A stretch of 64,000 nucleotides of DNA, taken from the NCBI GenBank assembly GCA_037447605.1, contig CM074811.1, forward strand, positions 124,001 to 188,000, written 5' to 3'. Below are positions 57,338-64,000 of this stretch, piece after piece. The DNA is from Zygnema circumcarinatum SAG 698-1b. Lineage: Eukaryota; Plantae; Zygnematophyceae. How positions within the stretch are numbered: the stretch's first letter is position 1; each line of letters begins with the position of its first letter. The position numbers and the translations under genes are program-made. The notes below the pieces were generated by a model that saw only the letters and a program-made list of their open reading frames with translations, ran no database searches and was not told the DNA's origin.

Positions 57338-60300
57338 TCAAGATGGAGACGGCCCAGGACCGGGGGAAGGGGAGTGGCCCGGGAGGTTGTTTCGCGACAG
57401 CTCCTGTGTTCTCGCAACGGGGGGGAGCTCACTCAGAGGTATATACGCGTAGCCTTTGGGGAGATGCCTGTTTTGCCTGCCGGCCTCCACTGGGGTCATC
57501 AGCCGCTCCTGCTGCTGCACGCAAGGGCACCATCCCAAAATCTCCATGATCACATTCCGGCTCTTACGGCTGCTAAAAGACCTAGAGTTCCAAAGGAGAG
57601 CATTGCTGTCGCGTTACAGATTCAAAGTACCTGAGTGTGCTTTTGCGGCCTCTGAGTTTCCCGAATCTGGCGGGTGACAGTCCCCCGTGTCCCGAGCATG
57701 CCCGCCGGCACCGGCAGGGTGCCGGCCTGCCATCCTCGAGGCTGAGTTTGAACCAAATGGCTTTCCCGTGACGTCCCTCCGACCGAGCGACCACCCTGCC
57801 ACGAGCTCCGACTCCGGCCTCCAGGACTCGCGTCACCCTCAAAACTGAGTCCAGGGGAGTCTTCTAACCGGCCAATTCGGCGCCTTTTCCGGCCATCTGG
57901 TTGGACGGCTCGGCTGTCAGCACCCATAGCATGCGTCTGCTGTGCTACGGCCATGGGCAGCTTGAAGTGGGGGTCTCCGGCAGCACAGAGTTGAGCAGTT
58001 ATCGCGTCCCTCTGACAGTGCACCAGCTCCCTCTGCACAGCCCCGACACAACCTCACAGAAATCATGACCTGTGGCGCGCTTTGGTATTGGAATGGCTTA
58101 AACGTTGCCGGGAGAGATTATAGCTAACCTTGTTCTTTTCTCGTCGGACCACCCGTTCACAAATCAGCCGCAATCGCTCAAATTCCATCTGCCCAAGAAC
58201 AAGCAACATGGCGATAAGCACTTGAAGCAGTTATACGGAAGGCGTAGAGAAAGTGCCACCCACCCAGAACGCCTAGTGAGTATGCAAAATTCACAATCAC
58301 GTTGTTAACGTACCCGGCAACGTTTCAACTTAGCCATGTCCGCTGGTCCGCCTCGTAACCTTGACTCTGCCTGCATACCAGCAGAACTCGAATAAGAAGG
58401 TCAGAACTATATCAGATGAGAAAAGAAGCCAAATAAATATGGAGCCAAACCTGCACATGAAATACCAGACGGTACATCCTGTGCACGAGAGTTCCCGCGA
58501 GCCAAGAACCAGATGCAGATGACTGGCATAGAGCAAAATTTACTCCTTTTCAAGCCGGACATGCTAACTACAGCGGCCTGTAAAAGTGGAGAAGCACTTG
58601 TACAAAGGTGGCAATGAGGTGACCTCCCTTGTTGTAGCTTACCTTGGCGCGCTGCAAAGGACTGTGGCGATCACAGTATGCACGAAATTGGATGCGTCCG
58701 GCTGAGCCTGCCTTCACACTCATAAAGAAGCCACTGCTACGAGCACACGAGGGATGGAAGTTTGCGCTGCAATGGCCGAAATTGCACTGCAAGGAACATA
58801 ATGTGCACCATTTGCTTGACATAGCATGCCATGAGAGCTCGTCACTTCAAAACATGGTGATGGCAAGCAAGTACATACTACTGCTCACAGTGGTGACACG
58901 CAAATGTAACTTCGATAAGACATTTCCTCTAACAGAGTGCCCTTCACACGTTGTCACGAGCAGGGTGTATACAGAACGAATCGCAGGTTCTAACTGCAGC
59001 ACTAACTGCCAGATGTCAAAGCCCATCAATCAATTGCCAGGTGAATAAATCAAAGGATGACGCAACGTAACCTACAAACCAACAACGTCAGTCTGCCCAG
59101 GATGGTTGAGAAGTTCAAAGTCGAGGAACAGTGGAAAGATAGAATACTGAGAATCGGCAGTACTAACCACAACGAAATTCATAACGAGATTCTGAAACAA
59201 GCTATGGGGACTGCTATGGCCATGGAAGACTTCTGTACCCAACATGACAGCATCCTTCTGAGGACACCTATAAGGCTGACGCGGCTGAAGATGTCCTTCC
59301 AAAGTGCACTTGACCTAGCAGCATCATGGTGAAGGTTTCAAGCCAAGCCATGCATTGTTGACATAGACTAAAAAATTGGCAAACTAGCTGTGCTTCCAAT
59401 TGCATTGAACTAGTCTTGCTGATTCATGCATAAGGCGGACCTTCTTGTGAAAATGGGAGACTATCCATCTACAACTACAAAATCTTCAGTTGAACAATCA
59501 AACAAAGTCATCTGCAAATCCATCATACTTTAATCCGCCACTGAACGGTCACTGTACGCATGTATCCAGGCAGGAAACACCCAAGGTTGTCGCATAGGTT
59601 AACGCCAAGTAGAAATTAACATTTATCATGACAAAACTAGCTGATGTGATCATTCAATTCAATTCTGACGGGTCTCACGAACTGGAGACATGGAAGAAAA
59701 TAGGTGGTATGGCAGAAGTACTGACCGTGAGACAAGAACCATGTTCGCTTTCACAGACTACACAGCGCAGGTTACACCGTTCCGCAGCAATGTTCTCCTG
59801 CACTACCACGTCAGCCTAACAAGGTTATAAGGTAGTTCAGAAAGAAATGGACATGGTTCAGATCAGGAGGTGCACTCCGATAGAGAGCATGTCCGCCTTC
59901 GCCAGAGCTCGCTTCAATGCCTCGAAGAAGGCAGCAAGGATCGCGATGCTCCTTACCAGTCCTTCAACAAACGTTGCCTCGTCTCTGCCCACAGTCGTTT
60001 CCGGCATCCACTGCACCGCCTCTCCCAACAGCTCGCCTCAGCCTCAGCCCCCTGCCCACATGACGGAGCAACTTGCGCATACAACAGGCACCTGGCAGAC
60101 CAACCTGCAAACAGCCGGTCCATATATCATCGCTTTTGCTGCAGACAGACAGAACCTCCTATCACAAAGGGCTAAACTATCATATCCCATCACCAAGGCA
60201 AGGCAGTCCCCATTGGCCAGAACACAGTGCTTACCTGAGCACAAAAGACATGCGCCCATAGGCCAGAAGCCGACCGCTTGAAGGCACCATCGCGAATGGG

Positions 60301-63300
60301 GCAAATGTGGCACTGAACTCCTGGCCGAAGGTGTCCAAAGGAATCTGATTTCGCGGGAGGAAACGATGGCTTGTGTGTTGCAGATAGCCTGCAAACTTGA
60401 AGGCAAGGCTGGCACAACCATGGTCCTGATGGAACAACAGCGATTCCGTAACAATCCTGGTGCACTGCAACCTGGGTTCAACATAGAAACCGAAACCTCA
60501 GGTCAGAGATAAGCAAGAGGACATAGAGCATCAGCCCTTGCTGCCAAACGAACCGTTTCTGAAGAGTTGTAGGAACAGCAAGCTTACCGCACATCGCTCG
60601 CAAAAGACAATGGCGTTTGGTTGTTCAGAATCTCCATTCCCACAGATGGAACAGACCACGTCGTCATCGAGATAAGCCCTGGATGGTGTCTCTGCCAGAG
60701 ATCCACTTCCACCAGTCCGTGGGATAGAAACTGAAAGCTTTGATGAAGGTGCTGATGCCGGCAGAAAAGGAGGGTGTTGCAACCTGGGTGGTTTAGGAAG
60801 AGGTGGCTTAGATGACCGGCCAGCAGTCTGGGATGTCAGCAGTTGGGCAGCACTTGCAGGAGGAGTTGATGGAGGAGGGAATAAGGATCCCTGAGCATCG
60901 CTGGTAGAAGGAGTGGTCAAACCAGCCTCCTCCGCACCGCCCCCCCCCCCACCCTCACGCCGTATATGGGCACCCACACGCGGAGACGCAGCGGCAGCAG
61001 CAGTAGCAGCAGCCAACAGGGCCTGTGCTTCCTTGTCCTTCTTATCTTTACGTCCCTGTTTTTTCAGTTCTCGCAGCTGCGCCATGTACTGTGCAACAAG
61101 GGCGGCACCTTCCTGCCGCTGCAGCTCTGCCAGACGGCGAGCACTTAAGGTAGAAAGAACTTTGTGCAGAAGGCCATCTGCATGATAGACCGTATGCAGC
61201 AGACGATGGAATGAGACAATGGACTCAAGCCGGAGACCAGGCATGTGTAAAGGCAGCTTCCTTCGATGCATACTTATCCCCCCTAATGTGTCTATAGTGT
61301 CCCTTTCAGTCAAGAGTAGCCTGTCCCACGAGGTCCAGGCCTTCTGTGTTAGTTTCAAATTGAAAACGGAATATCTTACAACAAACGACTTCGTCTTTAC
61401 ACAGGGGAAACGTTACGGCTAGGCCGATATATTGCCACCGTGCCCATTTCTCGCGATCAAAGCACATCCATGGCCAGTAGGGCAATATTGCTACCCTCAC
61501 TAGGACAAATGATGGTGAAAAAAGTGAGGACAGAAAATTCAGTCACTTGGAAGAGCAGACTTACCAGCACGTTCACGACTTGGATGCAATGAGAAAAGCA
61601 GCTCGCTTTGCAAGATAAGCAGTTCTGCCTGCACCTCGTCCTCGGGTGCCAAGTCCAATAAGCTCATTTCTCCACGCTTAACCTGCTTGTCTGCATCTAT
61701 GCCAGCCTCAGCCTGCTCCCCGGAGATGCTCCCTAATCTTGCCTGCTCATTCTTAAGGTATTGCTCACACTTTTGGCAGCACAGATATCTGAGCGTGATC
61801 TCCTCAGAACCAGGTATGGTCTCAAAACGAGCCTTACAGAGGGGGCATTCGGGGGAGGTGAAAGCCCTCCCAGGGAATTCCAGATACGGATCCCCTGCAC
61901 TTTTGACTGTGTGTTTCCGTTCTGCTTTGCGGTGGAAAGGAGTCCCTAAAGATGCCTTTGACGACTTGGTCTTGGCCCTTTCGTGCTCCTCGGAGGAGAA
62001 ACTGCTATCAGCAGCCTCTTTGACCCCCAAAAACAAAGCCCTTGGACTTGAAAGAGCTTCATCTCCATGATGCAATGGCAGTGCTCGTACATATGGATGG
62101 ATGCTCCCAGTCTTCTGAAGCTTGTCTGTTTGTCTGTCTGTGATAGGCCGCGATGTTCCTTCTAATGCTTCACCGCGGGGAGACAAAACCTGCGTTTGAC
62201 CTCCAGAACCGTCGCTAGCTCGTGATCGCTTTCTATCCCTACGAACCTCCACACCGTCTCCTATTACTTCTCCCCTCCTCCCAGCCTTCGAAGACTTTTG
62301 TAAAATAGGTCCTCTACCTTGAACAGCCTGTATATGGGTCTCGGCAGGTGTCACATTCGTGCTCCCGCTTGCTGTTAAAACGGGACGTCCTCCCAACACG
62401 ACTAACCCAGTTTGTTCCTCCCCCCATTCCTGCCCCTGATCCACTACCCCGGCCCTATCCAAGGAGGCGGCTTGATGTTGAGATTGAGCAGGATTCGATA
62501 CCAAAGGTGATGGCAACTCCTCCTCTCCCATGACACTGCTGGGCTGTTCTCCTGTGGCATCCTGCAAAAGAAACTTCCCCGTAAAGCTCAGGATCAATGC
62601 CTAAATATACGCTATATTGCAGCCGCGACCATGATGAACTCTCAAGAAGTGAATGTTTCCCATTAAAATGCAAAAGGATATCAGCTCATTGCCTCGACAA
62701 AAAAGATACGGCCCTTAAGGATTAGGAGCTGATTCAGCACCAACAACCAGCTCCAAAGGGATCATTAGAAGTAATACAGATAACAATGAGCGCTCACAAC
62801 TTTGCGGCCATAAAACGAACGAAAGCATCCACAAGCCACAGCAAGTGCCTGTTCAGAAGGTTAAGAAACTGCACCTTCATTTTAGGATTGCTCGACGTGC
62901 TTGTAACTGAGGTAGACAAGACGAGGGAGGAGGGATTGATTCTAGCCTCTCCATCACGGATGATGTGACGGATACCGTTTTGTGCCGTTGTCTGTGTCTT
63001 GTGAGGCGTCGGAGTCAAATCAACTTCGGGTTGAAATGCGTTGGTCGATGGTGGCAGACTGAGGAAGCCATCCGGCTGTCCTCTCTGGAATGATCCGAAC
63101 TGACGTTCCAAAAAAGTATTGTTCCTTGACGTGCCAGCAGACACTCGTCCAAGTGATGCATTCGACTGGTTCATTGGCCATGAGGAGGTGCCCTCTGCGA
63201 TAGGAGCCCTACTGACACGACCTCGTAAATAAACCCTTAATTTACTATTCAGCGCAGCTTGGCTTGGTCTCTCCTTGCCCTGCACTTTCCAGAAACCCAT

Positions 63301-64000
63301 TGATTGACAATCTTAAGCGTCCTTATCAAACATAGGCTCCTACGGCATCAGTTACAGACGCTCTCGCGCTCGCACAACGAACTGCGAAAATGCAACAAGT
63401 TAAATTGGGTATGCGAGAGCTTACCGACAGCCACATGGAGAGCATGCTTTGAGAAACACCGGAGTTTGCGGCCACCAAGGTTTGCGTAGTATGAGTTAGA
63501 GTCATCACCTGTAATACGGCCCCAATGACCGGCTCAGGCTTTCCAGGATTCAGCATTTACAGGTAATAGTAACAGGAAGTGTTGCAAATTTCACTCACCT
63601 CCTTCACAAGTTCAATGAGATCTGCTGTTTCACTCGCAGCAAGGAGACGAAGTGTAATGTTATCGGCATCGGCGGCATTGTACTGCTCCTCAAGTGGAAG
63701 TACCTCCAACCTCCACTGATCAGAGGGGTCTCGATCGTCCATTGGAGGGCCACCATCAACTGGCTTATCCTCTGGCATTGCATTTTCTGGAAACCTACAA
63801 CCACTTACTAAGTTCTCTAAAGAATCTCCTTCACTTCCACCAGCCGTTTGCACTTCTGTGGAGACCGGAACCGGTGATGGAAAACTATCGACTGGTTCTC
63901 CGTCGTTCAATTTCCCTAAAGGCGCTGGCTCGAGCAAATCGGAAGCGTTAACTTCAATTTGATTAAGGTGAACTGGTGATGCACTGTTACCACTCACGCC
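57338..64000 (-). CDS. Large PHD-finger / PZP chromatin protein (At1g77800-like); 5' part outside the window
   Basis: [130 protein letters not shown]. Frame is open through base 64000. Confidence 0.82.

Overview
Gene-dense eukaryotic nuclear DNA with spliceosomal introns, plastid-targeted products and orthologues of plant-type genes. It most likely comes from a streptophyte green alga (inference; I cannot name the species). I can support 14 protein-coding genes: CLC-e-type chloride channel (5' end off-window), CAAX/CPBP protease-like protein, YnfA, a RimM-UDP-GlcNAc-pyrophosphorylase fusion, SULTR4-like sulfate transporter, TAPT1/POD1, HYPK, DEAD-box RH13/DDX24, At5g27290-like M41-type protein, NEPRO/DUF4477 protein, FZL, At1g64430-like protein, SEC20 and FACKEL C14-sterol reductase. 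A two-PZP PHD-finger protein (5' end off-window) makes 15. There are also two TA-flanked non-autonomous DNA transposons (MITEs), a remnant of one of them, several simple repeats and a 10-N assembly gap. No rRNA, tRNA or CRISPR array is visible. Most unusual: (i) a SEC20 with a ~650-aa acidic, repeat-containing lumenal tail ending in HDEL; (ii) an in-frame RimM-UAP fusion whose pyrophosphorylase motifs look intact; (iii) an intronless, bacterial-type CAAX/YnfA head-to-head pair, with YnfA possibly co-transcribed with rimM. Gene names come from my recognition of motifs, not from database searches. Exon boundaries were read by eye.
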